From NCBI GenBank assembly GCA_965203325.1, contig OZ241875.1:3424001-3488000 (forward strand): DNA of 64,000 bases. The letters run 5' to 3'. Shown here one piece after another: positions 27,279-42,836 of this stretch. The notes under the pieces were generated by a model. It was given only the letters and a program-made list of their open reading frames with translations. It had not been told where the DNA came from and searched no databases. The translations under genes and the position numbers were made by a program. This DNA is from a bacterium (GTDB lineage Bacteria; UBA8248). Positions within the stretch are counted from its first letter, which is position 1. The number at the start of each line of letters is the position of its first letter.

Positions 27279-28249
27279 CAGAGAGGGTACCGGCAGGCGA
27301 CGAGATGGCCCGCTTCGGTCTCCATGCGGGGAAGCGGCGGCTCGAGGCAATCCTCTTTGAGGTGTTCGCACCGCTCGCTATAGCGGCAAGCCGGGAGTTC
27401 CGCGCGCAGATCCGGCAGGTTGCCGGGAATCGAAGAAAGCTCGGCGAGGTCTCTGCTCGCATTCGGCGTGGCTCCGATGAGTTTCGCCGTGTAGGGATGC
27501 CGCGGACGCATGAACAGGTGTTCGGTATCGGCCACTTCGACCACGTGTCCCGAGTGCATGACGATTATCCTGTCGCAGTATTCCGCGGCGAGGCCGAGGT
27601 CGTGGGTGATGAGGATCGTTCCCATGTTTCTCTCACGCGCCGCGTCCTTGACGAGGTCCATGATCGCCGCCTGCGTCGTGACATCCAGACCCGTTACGGG
27701 TTCGTCCGCTATCAGGAGCCAGGGGTTGGAGGAGATGGCGATCGCGATCATCACGCGCTGGCACATGCCGCCGGAGAGTTCGAACGGATAGGCGCGGTAG
27801 CGTTTTTCCGGGTCGGGGATGTGGACCTGGTTGAGCAGATCGAGTGCGCGTTCGCGAATCTGCCGGCCGCGGAAACTGCTGTGGCGATAGATGACGTCCT
27901 CCAGCTGGCTGCCGATGGTCCGAATGGGGTTCAGCGCCGTTCTCGGGCTTTGGAAGATCATGGATATCTCGCGCCCGCGCATTTCCTGTAGTTCTTGCCC
28001 GGATTTTTCGAACAAAGAGATGCCCCCAAAGACAATCCGGCCTGAGGTGATTCTCGCCGCCGGATCGGAAATCCCCATGATGGCGTATGACATCACGGAT
28101 TTTCCCGAACCGCTCTCGCCGACGACGCCGACCGTCTCCCCCTTTTCAATCTCGAAGCTGACGTTCTCGAGCGCCTTGACGACGCCTGTGCGCGTGCGGA
28201 ATTCGAGCGAGAGATTATCGACGGCGAGAAGAGGGTTCCGGGATTCCAT
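27278..28249 (-). CDS. Peptide/nickel ABC transporter ATP-binding protein (OppD/DppD-like)
   Basis: [24 protein letters not shown]. Confidence 0.92.
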   Translation of the reverse strand: MESRNPLLAVDNLSLEFRTRTGVVKALENVSFEIEKGETVGVVGESGSGKSVMSYAIMGISDPAARITSGRIVFGGISLFEKSGQELQEMRGREISMIFQSPRTALNPIRTIGSQLEDVIYRHSSFRGRQIRERALDLLNQVHIPDPEKRYRAYPFELSGGMCQRVMIAIAISSNPWLLIADEPVTGLDVTTQAAIMDLVKDAARERNMGTILITHDLGLAAEYCDRIIVMHSGHVVEVADTEHLFMRPRHPYTAKLIGATPNASRDLAELSSIPGNLPDLRAELPACRYSERCEHLKEDCLEPPLPRMETEAGHLVACRYPL

Positions 28250-29094
28250 CACGTCCTCATTCTCGGGTCGATCAGATCGCGGAGGCCGTCGCCCAGAAGG
28301 TTGAAGCACAGCACGGCGAGCATCAGGGCGGCTCCGGGAAAGATGGCCAGCCACCACTCGCCCGAGACGATGAACTTGGCGCCCTCGGCCACCATGATGC
28401 CCCACTCGGGAGTCGGGGGCCGGACGCCCAAGCCGATGAAGGAGAGTCCCGCCGCGTTCAGTATGGCGTAACCCATGTTCAGCGATATCTGAACCATCAT
28501 GGGCGGCATGATGTTGGGTCCCATGTGAAATAACAGGATCCGGCCGTGTCCATTCCCCGAAAGGCGCGCCGCCTCCACGAACCCCGCTTCACGGCGCGAA
28601 TTCGCCTCGGCCCGCGCCACGCGCGCATAGAAGGGGAAGTTGATGACCGCCGTCGTGTAGACGATGTTCTCGATCGTGTTCCCCAGAGCCGAAACGATGC
28701 CCATGGCCAGCACGAAGAGGGGAAACGCCATGATGGTGTCGGTGAGACGACTGATGAGCTTGTCCGTCATCCCTCCGAAGTAGCCTGCGCATACGCCGGC
28801 GACGCTTCCCGCGACGAAGGAGAGCGAAACGGCCGCCACGGATATCGCGAGGTCGAGCCGCGTGGCCGTGATGACGCGGCTGAAAACGTCTCGCCCCAGA
28901 TTGTCGGTGCCGAACGGGTGCGCCCAAGAAGGCGGCTTGAGAGCGTTGGCCGTGTCGCTGGCGAGGGGATCGTAGGGCGCGAGCCAGGGGCCGAACAAAC
29001 CGAGGGCCAACAGCAAAAAGAAAAGGACGAACGAGAAAAGCGTGACGGGATTCTCCCCCATCACGTAGCGCAGGTGACGGAAATGGGCGCTCAC
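28249..29094 (-). CDS. ABC transporter permease (OppC/DppC-like)
   Basis: HPFGTDNLGRD, EAA motif FVEAARLSG, PPTPEWG, FNLLGDGLRD. Probable GTG start 29094. Confidence 0.92.
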   Translation of the reverse strand: MSAHFRHLRYVMGENPVTLFSFVLFFLLLALGLFGPWLAPYDPLASDTANALKPPSWAHPFGTDNLGRDVFSRVITATRLDLAISVAAVSLSFVAGSVAGVCAGYFGGMTDKLISRLTDTIMAFPLFVLAMGIVSALGNTIENIVYTTAVINFPFYARVARAEANSRREAGFVEAARLSGNGHGRILLFHMGPNIMPPMMVQISLNMGYAILNAAGLSFIGLGVRPPTPEWGIMVAEGAKFIVSGEWWLAIFPGAALMLAVLCFNLLGDGLRDLIDPRMRT

Positions 29095-29096
29095 GC

Positions 29097-30125
29097 TCAG
29101 CCTTCCAGCCCGATACGCGGATCGACCACCGTATAGAGGATGTCGATCGCCAGGTTCAGGAGCACGTACATCAACGCCATGGCCAGAACGAAACCCTGCA
29201 CGGCGGCATAGTCCGAGGCGATGAGGGCCTCGATGGCGAACGAGCCGATGCCCGGCCAGGCGAAGACTTTCTCGACCAGAACGTTCGCCCCCAGCAGGAA
29301 CGAGAACACCATCCCGAGCGTGGTGAGAACGGGGAGAATGGCGTTTTGAAAAGCATAGACCCACAGCACCGTCCGGCGCGACAAACCGCTCGCCCGCGCC
29401 GTTCGGACGAAGTCGCTCGACAGGACCCCCAGCATCGCGGCTCTCGTCATCCGCGCGAGCGGGGCCAGGGCGAAAATCCCCAGTGTCGAGGCGGGGAGAA
29501 TCATCTGGGAAAATGATGCGCGAAAGACCTCCAAATCACCCGCGATGAGGCTGTCGATCAGGTAGAAGCCCGTAACGTGGTCGGGAGCGATGTGGATGAT
29601 GCTCAGGCGTCCGAGGGGAGCGGGCGAGAGCCCCAGCAGAAAATAGAAGATATAGACGAGGAACAACCCGGTGAAGAAGGTAGGCAGCGAAACTCCGATG
29701 GTCACGACCAGCCGGCAGAGGTGATCGACGAACGAGTTGGGCCGCGTGGCCGCCAGTATGCCCAGAGGGATGGCGATGGCGACGGCGAGAAACAGGCCCA
29801 TGAGCGTGAGTTCGAGCGAAGCCGGCAGCCGCGTGGCGAGTTCTTCCATGACGGGCTGGCCCGTGCTGATGGATTTGCCTAGGTCTCCGCGCGAGAGATT
29901 CTGGAGGTAGACCCAGAATTGCTCGGGCCAGCTCTTGTCGAGGCCCAGCGAGGCGCGTATCTCGGCGATGGATCTCTCATCCGCCGCAGGCCCGGCGAAG
30001 AACACCGCCGGGTCGCCCGGCAAGGCCCGCGTCAGAATGAACGTCACCACGATGATGCCCATCACGACCGGCGCCGCCTGCAGGAGGCGCCGGCCGATCA
30101 GGACAAGGGAATCGCCTTTCATCAC
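29097..30125 (-). CDS. ABC transporter permease (OppB/DppB-like)
   Basis: LPGDPA, GDLGKS, DFVRTARASG, VEKVFAWPGIG, DPRI. Confidence 0.92.
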   Translation of the reverse strand: MMKGDSLVLIGRRLLQAAPVVMGIIVVTFILTRALPGDPAVFFAGPAADERSIAEIRASLGLDKSWPEQFWVYLQNLSRGDLGKSISTGQPVMEELATRLPASLELTLMGLFLAVAIAIPLGILAATRPNSFVDHLCRLVVTIGVSLPTFFTGLFLVYIFYFLLGLSPAPLGRLSIIHIAPDHVTGFYLIDSLIAGDLEVFRASFSQMILPASTLGIFALAPLARMTRAAMLGVLSSDFVRTARASGLSRRTVLWVYAFQNAILPVLTTLGMVFSFLLGANVLVEKVFAWPGIGSFAIEALIASDYAAVQGFVLAMALMYVLLNLAIDILYTVVDPRIGLEG

Positions 30126-30170
30126 ATCGTCCCCCCCTTCAAAGGACGCGCTATTTCTTGCGAACCGGCT

Positions 30171-31832
30171 TCAGGCCTGTTTCGGCAGTTTCTTGAACGG
30201 CCTCACGTCGAGCTGACGGTGGAACCAGTACTCGTAACCTTCGATGTGCTTTTGCATGGCGACATCGAGATAGGGCTGCCAGAGCGGGATGAGGGGAACG
30301 TCCTCAAAGGCGATTTTGATGAACGCCTTGACGCGCTCCGCGTAGCCGGGGCTGCCCACCGGCATGTGCAGGGTCTCGTCGACCAGCTTGTTCAGCTTCG
30401 GGTTGTCGTAGTTCATGGAGTTGAACAGGCGTTTGGGCTGGTAGGCCCAGAAGAAATAATACTCAGGGTAATTCAGCCAGCCCCCGAAGTTCTTGAGGTG
30501 CATCGGGAGCTTCTTCTCGACGAGCGCCTTCGTCCGCCAGCCCGAGCCGGGGATCTTGTCGAGCTTCGCTTCAATCCCCACCTTGCCGAGCCCCTCCTGG
30601 ATGAGGAGCGCCGTCGGCTCCGTCCAGTAGGCGAGACCCAGGTTGAACGACAGCGTGACCTTGAAGCCCTCCGCGTAGCCGGCCTCTTTCAGCAGCGCCT
30701 TCGCCTTGTCCGGGTCGGTGTCGTAGGGGAAGGGCTGGGGCCACAGCGTGCCGGCGGGATCGGCGGATTTCGCTCCCCAGAGCGGCAGGCCGCGCTCATA
30801 GGCCGCCGCCTTGAATATCTTCTCATAAGGCATGGCGTAGGCCATCGCCTGGCGGACCCGCGCGTCGGCGAAGGGCTTGAAGTTCAGGTTGAGACCTACG
30901 GCGTGGATGCAGTTCTCGATGGGGACTCCTGCGATCTTGAGCTTCTTGTTGCTCGTGAGTTCCTTGGTGTCTTTCGGCGGGAGATCGAGAGAGACGTCGG
31001 CGTCGCCCCGAAGCAGGAGGGCGCGGCGCGTGGAGGCGGAGGCCACCTCGCGGACGATCACGCGCTTCACGCCGGGCAGGGGACCCGACTTCCACTCATC
31101 GTTGCGAATGTAAACGGTCTGCTGGCCGGGCTTCCAACGCCCCAGCTTGAAGGCCCCGCCCCCTTGCGGGTTCTTGTGCAGATATTCGGTCGCCCACGGG
31201 TCGGCCTTCGTGGCTTTGGCCTTGGCGGCGGCCGAATTGATGATGAGGGGCACGGGAACGCCCAGGTCGGGCAGTGTGAGCTTGCTTTTGCGGATGAAAT
31301 TGATCTTGAAGGTGTACTTATCCACGGCGATGAACTGTTCGGGCTTGATGAGCGAGCCCGCCTTCATCTGTACGGCCGGAAAACCGCCGAGCGAGACCGC
31401 GCGGTCGAAAGACCATTTCACGTCATGGGCGGTGACGGGTTTTCCGTCGTGGAACCTGGCGTCTTTGCGAATCTTGAAGGTGACTGACATGCCGTCGGAC
31501 GCGAAGCTCCAGGATTCGGCCAGTTCCGGTTCTATCTTTTGGTAATCGTACATGACATTGCCGTCGGGCAGCTTCTTGCGCCCGTAGGTGACGAGGCGGT
31601 CGTAGATGTTCACGGCGACCTGGTAGCTCGGGCGGTTGGTTCCCTTCCTGTGGATGTCCATGCTGTTGGGGCCGTTTCCGATCACGACCACGAGCGTGTC
31701 GCGGCCGGCGGCGGCCTCGGCGGACAGGTACTTGAGAAGCGGCAACAACCCCGCCCCTGCGGCGGCGCCTGCCCCGATTTTCAGAAAATCACGGCGCTTG
31801 AACTGCTTGTTATCCGGTACGTCCTTGTTCAT
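30171..31832 (-). CDS. Family 5 ABC substrate-binding protein with Tat signal
   Basis: KRRDFLK twin-arginine motif, PELAESW, FHDGKPVTAHDVKWSFDR. Confidence 0.92.
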   Translation of the reverse strand: MNKDVPDNKQFKRRDFLKIGAGAAAGAGLLPLLKYLSAEAAAGRDTLVVVIGNGPNSMDIHRKGTNRPSYQVAVNIYDRLVTYGRKKLPDGNVMYDYQKIEPELAESWSFASDGMSVTFKIRKDARFHDGKPVTAHDVKWSFDRAVSLGGFPAVQMKAGSLIKPEQFIAVDKYTFKINFIRKSKLTLPDLGVPVPLIINSAAAKAKATKADPWATEYLHKNPQGGGAFKLGRWKPGQQTVYIRNDEWKSGPLPGVKRVIVREVASASTRRALLLRGDADVSLDLPPKDTKELTSNKKLKIAGVPIENCIHAVGLNLNFKPFADARVRQAMAYAMPYEKIFKAAAYERGLPLWGAKSADPAGTLWPQPFPYDTDPDKAKALLKEAGYAEGFKVTLSFNLGLAYWTEPTALLIQEGLGKVGIEAKLDKIPGSGWRTKALVEKKLPMHLKNFGGWLNYPEYYFFWAYQPKRLFNSMNYDNPKLNKLVDETLHMPVGSPGYAERVKAFIKIAFEDVPLIPLWQPYLDVAMQKHIEGYEYWFHRQLDVRPFKKLPKQA

Positions 31833-32087
31833 GCTCGTCTCCTTCGTTGCGCCCGGCGGTGCGGGCTCTGGGAAAATAGTGACCCATACGGATGAAGATT
31901 CGAGCCGATTGAACGCTGCCGCCCCATTCCTGCATACATCAGGCTACGGGCAAGACGTGTCTTGCAGGTTTCGTGATGGTTAATTGCGGGTTTCTGATTT
32001 GTTTCCTGAATGTTTCCTGGATGTCGTGAATATCCCATGATATGGCGTAATTATTCGATTATAGGCACAAAATGTTGTGGTTATCGC

Positions 32088-32116
32088 TTGACAACTCCCC
32101 CTGAATGCGGGACATT
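32088..32116 (+). promoter_or_regulatory. Putative sigma70 promoter of mutL
   Basis: TTGACA-17 bp-GACATT, about 30 bp before the ATG. Confidence 0.45.
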
Positions 32117-32148
32117 GGACGGCGACGGGCAACAACACGAGGACCCCC

Positions 32149-34026
32149 ATGAGAAAAGAATCCCGCATACGCATACTTCCCGAATCGCTCGCGAACCAGA
32201 TCGCCGCAGGCGAGGTGGTGCAGCGCCCCGCCTCCGTCCTCAAGGAGTTGGTGGAGAACAGCATCGACGCGGGCGCCGAGCGGGTGGAAATCGACCTGGA
32301 ATCGGGCGGCGCGGCGCGCGTTCAGGTGGTCGACGACGGGCACGGCATGAGCGAGGACGACGCGCTCTTGTGCTTGGAGCGCCACGCGACGAGCAAGATA
32401 TCCACGGATTGGGACCTGGGCCGCATCGCCACCCTGGGCTTTAGAGGCGAGGCGCTGCCGAGCATCGCCGCGGTCTCGAAGATGACCATCACGACCAGGA
32501 GGCCGGAGGACGCTCTGGGAACCGAAGTACGCATGGAGGGCGGCAAGCTCCAGCGCGTCACCGAGATGGGCGCCGCGCCCGGCGCGAGGGTCGAGGTGCG
32601 CTCGTTGTTTTTCAACGTGCCGGCGAGGCGCAAGTTCCTGAAACGTAAAGAGACCGAGCTCGCCCGCTGCCTGGAAGTGGCGAATCAGGCGGCCATGGCG
32701 AACCCGAACGTCTCGTTCGTCCTGCGCCACGGGAAGAGGACGCTGCTCGACTTGGGCGCCTCGGGAGGGCTCATGGCGCGCGCGGCGCAACTCGTGGGCG
32801 AGGCGGCGGCCTCCCATCTGCTCAAGATTCCCCGCGCCGCGTCTGAGAACATGACGTTCAGCGGCTGGGCGGGCGCACCCGGGCTGAACCGCTCCACGCG
32901 CGACGCGCAGTATCTGTTCGTGAACGGACGCCCCATCCGGGACCGTCTTTTCGTCCACGCGGCGTATGCGGCCTACCGCAGCTTCCTGCCGGTGAAGCGC
33001 CACCCCGTCTTCATCCTCTTTCTGGACATGCCGCCCGAGGACGTGGACGTGAATGTCCACCCCGCCAAGCAGGAGGTGCGCTTCCGCTTCGCGTCGAGCG
33101 TCTACGATCTCGTGCGGGACAGCGTCGCCGCCGTGCTGGGCGCGCGGCCCGAAAGAGTGCGGCGCGATTTCGCCCATCAGGGCGTGAGCCACGCGGCTCC
33201 GGGTGCTGCCGCAGAGGAAGGCGCCGCGCCGGCCCTGCTGGGCGGCGGGGGATATTTTGGCGATCGCGCCGCCGCCGGGGATTACGGCGCCTCCTCGGAT
33301 GAGTCCGCATCCGGCGCGCAACGCTCCGTATCGGACCCCGAGGCGATGGACCCCGCTCCGCCTGCGCCCATGACCCCGCCCGAATCGACGGCGCCCTCGC
33401 CGATCGAGCGCATGCTCGAGCCGCCCCACCCGGCGGACCCGGTGGTTCTTTCCCAATGCCGCTATCTCGGGCAGTGGGAGGAGTGCTTCTTGCTGTTCGC
33501 CTCCTCGCAGGGTCTGGTGCTCGTCGATCAGCACGCCGCGCACGAGCGGGTGCTCTACAACCGCTTCCGCGACCAGTTCAGGGAGGGCCGCGTGGACACT
33601 CAGGCGTGTCTCGTGCCCGAGGAGGTTCGCCTCCGGCCCGAGGAGGCGCTGAGCATCGAGGCGCATCGCGACGATCTGCTGCGCTCGGGCTTCGAACTAG
33701 AGTGCGCGGGTCCCGGCGAATACCGGATTCAGGCCGTGCCCGCGCTTATTGCGGACCGCGACCCCGCAGGCGCAGTGCGCCAGATCGTGGAGGGTCTGGC
33801 GGATATAGAGCAGCCCGTGAGCTTCGCGGATCTCATCGACGGCATCATCGCGAGGATGAGTTGCAAGGGCGCGGTGAAGGCGGCGCAGGCCATGCGGCCC
33901 GAGCAAGTGGCCGCCCTCGTCGAGGAACTCGAGAAGACGCCGGGCAGATGGACCTGCCCGCATGGGCGGCCCGTCATGCTCGTGATGGGCGCAGACCCCG
34001 TGAGAAGGCGCTTTTTGCGAAGCTGA
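32149..34026 (+). CDS. mutL: DNA mismatch repair endonuclease MutL
   Basis: NQIAAGEVV, KELVENSIDAGA, GFRGEAL, DVNVHPAK, DQHAAHER, CPHGRP. Confidence 0.97.
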   Translation: MRKESRIRILPESLANQIAAGEVVQRPASVLKELVENSIDAGAERVEIDLESGGAARVQVVDDGHGMSEDDALLCLERHATSKISTDWDLGRIATLGFRGEALPSIAAVSKMTITTRRPEDALGTEVRMEGGKLQRVTEMGAAPGARVEVRSLFFNVPARRKFLKRKETELARCLEVANQAAMANPNVSFVLRHGKRTLLDLGASGGLMARAAQLVGEAAASHLLKIPRAASENMTFSGWAGAPGLNRSTRDAQYLFVNGRPIRDRLFVHAAYAAYRSFLPVKRHPVFILFLDMPPEDVDVNVHPAKQEVRFRFASSVYDLVRDSVAAVLGARPERVRRDFAHQGVSHAAPGAAAEEGAAPALLGGGGYFGDRAAAGDYGASSDESASGAQRSVSDPEAMDPAPPAPMTPPESTAPSPIERMLEPPHPADPVVLSQCRYLGQWEECFLLFASSQGLVLVDQHAAHERVLYNRFRDQFREGRVDTQACLVPEEVRLRPEEALSIEAHRDDLLRSGFELECAGPGEYRIQAVPALIADRDPAGAVRQIVEGLADIEQPVSFADLIDGIIARMSCKGAVKAAQAMRPEQVAALVEELEKTPGRWTCPHGRPVMLVMGADPVRRRFLRS

Positions 34027-34057
34027 GTCGATTTCTCGCGCGAAGCCAGTAACGCTC

Positions 34058-34086
34058 TTGACACCCGCGCCCGTGCGCAACACAAT
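34058..34086 (+). promoter_or_regulatory. Putative sigma70 promoter upstream of the guaB leader
   Basis: TTGACA-17 bp-CACAAT. Confidence 0.55.
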
Positions 34087-34092
34087 GGCGAG

Positions 34093-35823
<1,731 letters not shown>

Positions 35824-36060
35824 CAGATAGAGCGTCATCCGGTGCGGCGCCCGTCGGCGTCGCGGCGGGTGGGGATAAGCGCCCGCTCCGCGTGAGCGCT
35901 TCGTCCGGCGCCCGCAAGGACGAACGCGCCGTCTCGCCGAGGGGGATGAGGTTCCGATTCGTCGACGCGGCGCTCGATACGTTGGCCGATGGCCCGGCTT
36001 GGGACGGGCTTGAGAGTGGAGGGGGAGAGGCGGTTCGTTTCGCCTCGGCCTGAACAGAAG

Positions 36061-37590
36061 ATGCGCGATCAGATACTCATCCTCGATTTCGGCTCGCAGT
36101 ACACGCAGCTCATCGCCCGGCGCGTGCGGGAGTTGAACGTGTATTGCGAGATTCACCCGTGCACACGCGACTGGCGCGAGATTACGGGTCCGCACACCAA
36201 GGGCGTCATCCTCTCGGGCGGGCCGAGCAGCGTCTACGATAACGGCTCCCCCTCGGTTGACCCCGCGCTGTTCGAGAGCGATTTCCCCATCCTGGGGATT
36301 TGCTACGGCATGCAGCTCATGACCCACCTTCTCGGCGGAAAAGTCGGTCCTTACGCCAAGAGGGAATTCGGACGCGCCGAAGTGGTGATTGAGGAGCCCG
36401 CCGGCATCTTTCTCGGCTCAGAAGGCGCCGAGACCGTCTGGATGAGCCACGGGGATACGATAGAAGCGCCGCCGCCCGGCTACAGGCCGCTCGCGCGCTC
36501 GGAGGGTTCCCCCGTGGCGGCGATGATGTCCGAAGACGGGCGGCGCTACGGCATCCAGTTTCACCCCGAAGTGGCGCATACCCCGCGCGGCAAGGAGATT
36601 CTCCATAACTTCGTGCGCAGGATTTGCGGATGCGCGGGCGATTGGACGATGCGCTCCTTCGTCGAGGAGGCGGTCGAGCGCATCAGAGAGCGGGTCGGGG
36701 ACAGGCGCGTGGTGTGCGGCCTCTCGGGCGGCGTGGATTCCTCCGTCACGGCGATGCTCGTCAAGGAGGCGATAGGCGAGCGGCTCACCTGCATCTTCGT
36801 GGACAACGGCCTGCTCCGGAAGGACGAGGCCGAGCAGGTGGTCGCGACCTTCGGCGAAAGGCTCAAACTCGTGCACGTGGACGCGAGCGGTGAGTTTCTG
36901 AGCGCGCTGCGCGGCGTGACGCACCCCGAAGCCAAGAGAAAGCGGATCGGCGAGATATTCATCCGCGTGTTCGAGCGCGAGGCGGGGCGGCTGGGCGACG
37001 TGAAGTTCCTCGCCCAGGGGACGCTCTACCCCGACGTCATCGAGAGCGTCTCGTTCAAGGGGCCTTCGGCGACCATCAAGAGCCACCACAACGTGGGCGG
37101 GCTGCCGAAGTGGATGCGGCTCGCGCTCATCGAGCCCCTGCGCGAGTTGTTCAAGGACGAGGTGCGCGAGGCGGGCCAGGAGTTGGGGCTGCCCCGCGAG
37201 ATGCTCTGGCGGCATCCGTTCCCGGGGCCGGGGCTGGCCGTGCGCGTCCTGGGCGAGGTGACGGAAAAACGCGTGAAGACCTTACAGGATGCGGACGCCA
37301 TTTTCATCGATACGCTCCGCAAGCACGATCACTACTACAAGGTCTGGCAGGCGTTCGCCGTGCTGCTGCCGGTCAACACCGTGGGCGTGATGGGCGATGC
37401 GAGAACGTATGAGAACGCCCTCGCGCTGCGGGCCGTCACCAGCCAGGACGGGATGACGGCGGACTGGGCCAGGCTTCCTCCCGATTTGCTCGCCGAGGCC
37501 TCCTCGCGCATCATCAACGAGGTGCGCGGCGTGAACCGCGTGGTCTACGACGTCTCCTCCAAGCCGCCGGGCACGATCGAGTGGGAGTAG
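36061..37590 (+). CDS. guaA: GMP synthase (glutamine-hydrolysing)
   Basis: [52 protein letters not shown]. Confidence 0.97.
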   Translation: MRDQILILDFGSQYTQLIARRVRELNVYCEIHPCTRDWREITGPHTKGVILSGGPSSVYDNGSPSVDPALFESDFPILGICYGMQLMTHLLGGKVGPYAKREFGRAEVVIEEPAGIFLGSEGAETVWMSHGDTIEAPPPGYRPLARSEGSPVAAMMSEDGRRYGIQFHPEVAHTPRGKEILHNFVRRICGCAGDWTMRSFVEEAVERIRERVGDRRVVCGLSGGVDSSVTAMLVKEAIGERLTCIFVDNGLLRKDEAEQVVATFGERLKLVHVDASGEFLSALRGVTHPEAKRKRIGEIFIRVFEREAGRLGDVKFLAQGTLYPDVIESVSFKGPSATIKSHHNVGGLPKWMRLALIEPLRELFKDEVREAGQELGLPREMLWRHPFPGPGLAVRVLGEVTEKRVKTLQDADAIFIDTLRKHDHYYKVWQAFAVLLPVNTVGVMGDARTYENALALRAVTSQDGMTADWARLPPDLLAEASSRIINEVRGVNRVVYDVSSKPPGTIEWE

Positions 37591-37625
37591 GGTAATGAAA
37601 TAAAAATCGATAGGTTAGGTGGATT

Positions 37626-38375
37626 TCACTTTTTCTTTATCTCCATCAGATTGATTTTGTCGAAATCCACTACGGAGATTCTTTCGCCGGTCGCCTCTTC
37701 GTCGCCGGGCCGGTATATCCCGAATTTGAAATGCGGCTCTCCGCATGACTCAACAGCAAAATCTCCCTCGTCCACGAGTTTTTCCTCATTGAAATACAGG
37801 CTGTAATACGATTCCGTTAAATAAACCTCCAGCTTTACGTCTATCCATTTCCCGATGAATTCACTGATGTGTACCTTCCTCGTAAAACGCTCGTTCCAGA
37901 TTTTGCTTATCAGGCGGCCGTTCGAGAATTTGAACATCAACGGAGGGCCGACCCTGCAACCTGCGACAGATTGGTGCATCTGAAAAAAATCTTCTCTTTC
38001 GTAGGTAAATCCCTTCACGAACCGAACCCTGAAGGTGAGCGTATAGTCCGTATCTTTTTTCAAAGAGGCAGTCTGTTTTATTTCCGCCCGCTCCCAGTAT
38101 GGCGCGCCGTGCCTGGCCCCGGCATCGGTGCCGCATCCTCCCACCTGTTTGTTTTTGAGGGTGAATCGCAAGAACGTCTCTTTTCCCTCCGTTACCCATC
38201 TTGCGGAAGAGGATTCCGGGAGACCGCAGTTGTCGTAAAACTCGACGTTCCAGTCTTTGTCACGGTAGGTTGTACTGCCGGCCGTGTCGAAATACCAGGC
38301 GGATGAAATCCCGTCTGATGAAGTTTTACATCCCGCCAAAAAGACGATAATAATCAGGAGCAGGAATTTGCGCAT
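37626..38375 (-). CDS. Lipoprotein with polysaccharide lyase (heparin lyase I-like) fold pattern
   Basis: Lipobox LAGC; ERAEIK, FFQMHQ, HFKFGIYR. Visibly more AT-rich than its neighbours. Confidence 0.65.
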   Translation of the reverse strand: MRKFLLLIIIVFLAGCKTSSDGISSAWYFDTAGSTTYRDKDWNVEFYDNCGLPESSSARWVTEGKETFLRFTLKNKQVGGCGTDAGARHGAPYWERAEIKQTASLKKDTDYTLTFRVRFVKGFTYEREDFFQMHQSVAGCRVGPPLMFKFSNGRLISKIWNERFTRKVHISEFIGKWIDVKLEVYLTESYYSLYFNEEKLVDEGDFAVESCGEPHFKFGIYRPGDEEATGERISVVDFDKINLMEIKKK

Positions 38376-38576
38376 TTTTTCTCCGGTTTTCTTCGAGTTT
38401 TTGGAAAAGGGACGCTATCCGGAATTTTAGATGTCCGAGTTGAAAAAGCAAGCAGGAGCGATAGGATAGCTCCAAGTGTAATGTATTTAGAATCAATTAG
38501 TTACAACAAATCGCCTGTTTTCTCTATCGTATAGCCCGTCGCCGCGTCTGAAATCCTCTTTGGGAGTCAAAATAAA

Positions 38577-38855
38577 ATGTATCCCGCATTGAATACCTCG
38601 CTCGTTATGGTTTCGCTGTTTTTCCTCGCTTCGCTTCTTCCGGCAGCGAGCGCCCATGCCCATGAGGCGGATTATCCCCACCTGCACATCGCCCAAAGCG
38701 GCCACGGGGAAAAAGGCCATGGGCATCACATGGGCAGGCCCGACGGGCATGAGATGAAACGAACCGACGGGACGAAGAATGGCGGTGGCGCGATGAAGCG
38801 TTCCGAGGAGGCGCTTCCCGAGGACTACAAGAACCCGCCGGACGCGGGGAACTGA
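38577..38855 (+). CDS. Small secreted His-rich hypothetical protein
   Basis: Signal-like segment ending ASA, then HAHEADYPHLH...GHGEKGHGHHM. Confidence 0.5.
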   Translation: MYPALNTSLVMVSLFFLASLLPAASAHAHEADYPHLHIAQSGHGEKGHGHHMGRPDGHEMKRTDGTKNGGGAMKRSEEALPEDYKNPPDAGN

Positions 38856-38859
38856 AGCC

Positions 38860-39225
38860 TTGCTCATTTGGACGCATTTCATTCTGGCGGTGCTGGCGAT
38901 TGGATTGGGCGCCGTCAATCTCGCGTCGGCGAAGGGAACGCCCAGGCACCGCGTCATCGGCTGGTGCTGGATGGTCGTGATGACCTACGTCACGGTCTCC
39001 TCATTCTGGATACGCGAACTCAACGACGGCGCGTTCAGCTGGATACACCTGCTGACGATCTGGACGATTTTCTCCATGGTGATGGCCGTGGTCTCGATAC
39101 GGCGGGGGAATGTGCGGCGGCATGCGGCGTTCATGACGGGCACGATGATAGGCGCCCTCATCGCGGGCGGGTTCGCCATGATGCCCGGCCGGTTCATTAG
39201 CCACCTGTTCGGGTACGGCGGGTGA
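38860..39225 (+). CDS. DUF2306-like small membrane protein
   Basis: KGTPRHRVIG, FSWIHLL, RRHAAFM, MPGR; four hydrophobic segments. Confidence 0.75.
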   Translation: MLIWTHFILAVLAIGLGAVNLASAKGTPRHRVIGWCWMVVMTYVTVSSFWIRELNDGAFSWIHLLTIWTIFSMVMAVVSIRRGNVRRHAAFMTGTMIGALIAGGFAMMPGRFISHLFGYGG

Positions 39226-39404
39226 TCCGCCGCGGACGGGAATGCGCCTTCCCTCGGCAAGCAGCAAGGGAGATGGCGGCGGCGGGTTTCAAGCGAGAGG
39301 CAGAAAGAAGTAAACTGAAAGGGCTTCACCGTAAGCAGTAAGCCGATAAGAGCAGGCCAGTATTAAAGTACGCCCCTATTAAAACCCGCCCCCGGGGAAT
39401 CGAC

Positions 39405-42828
<3,424 letters not shown>

Positions 42829-42836
<8 letters not shown>

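Noticed and set aside
33170..33440. Ala/Pro-rich segment in MutL as an insertion
   Set aside because: It corresponds to the normally variable linker between the ATPase and endonuclease domains.
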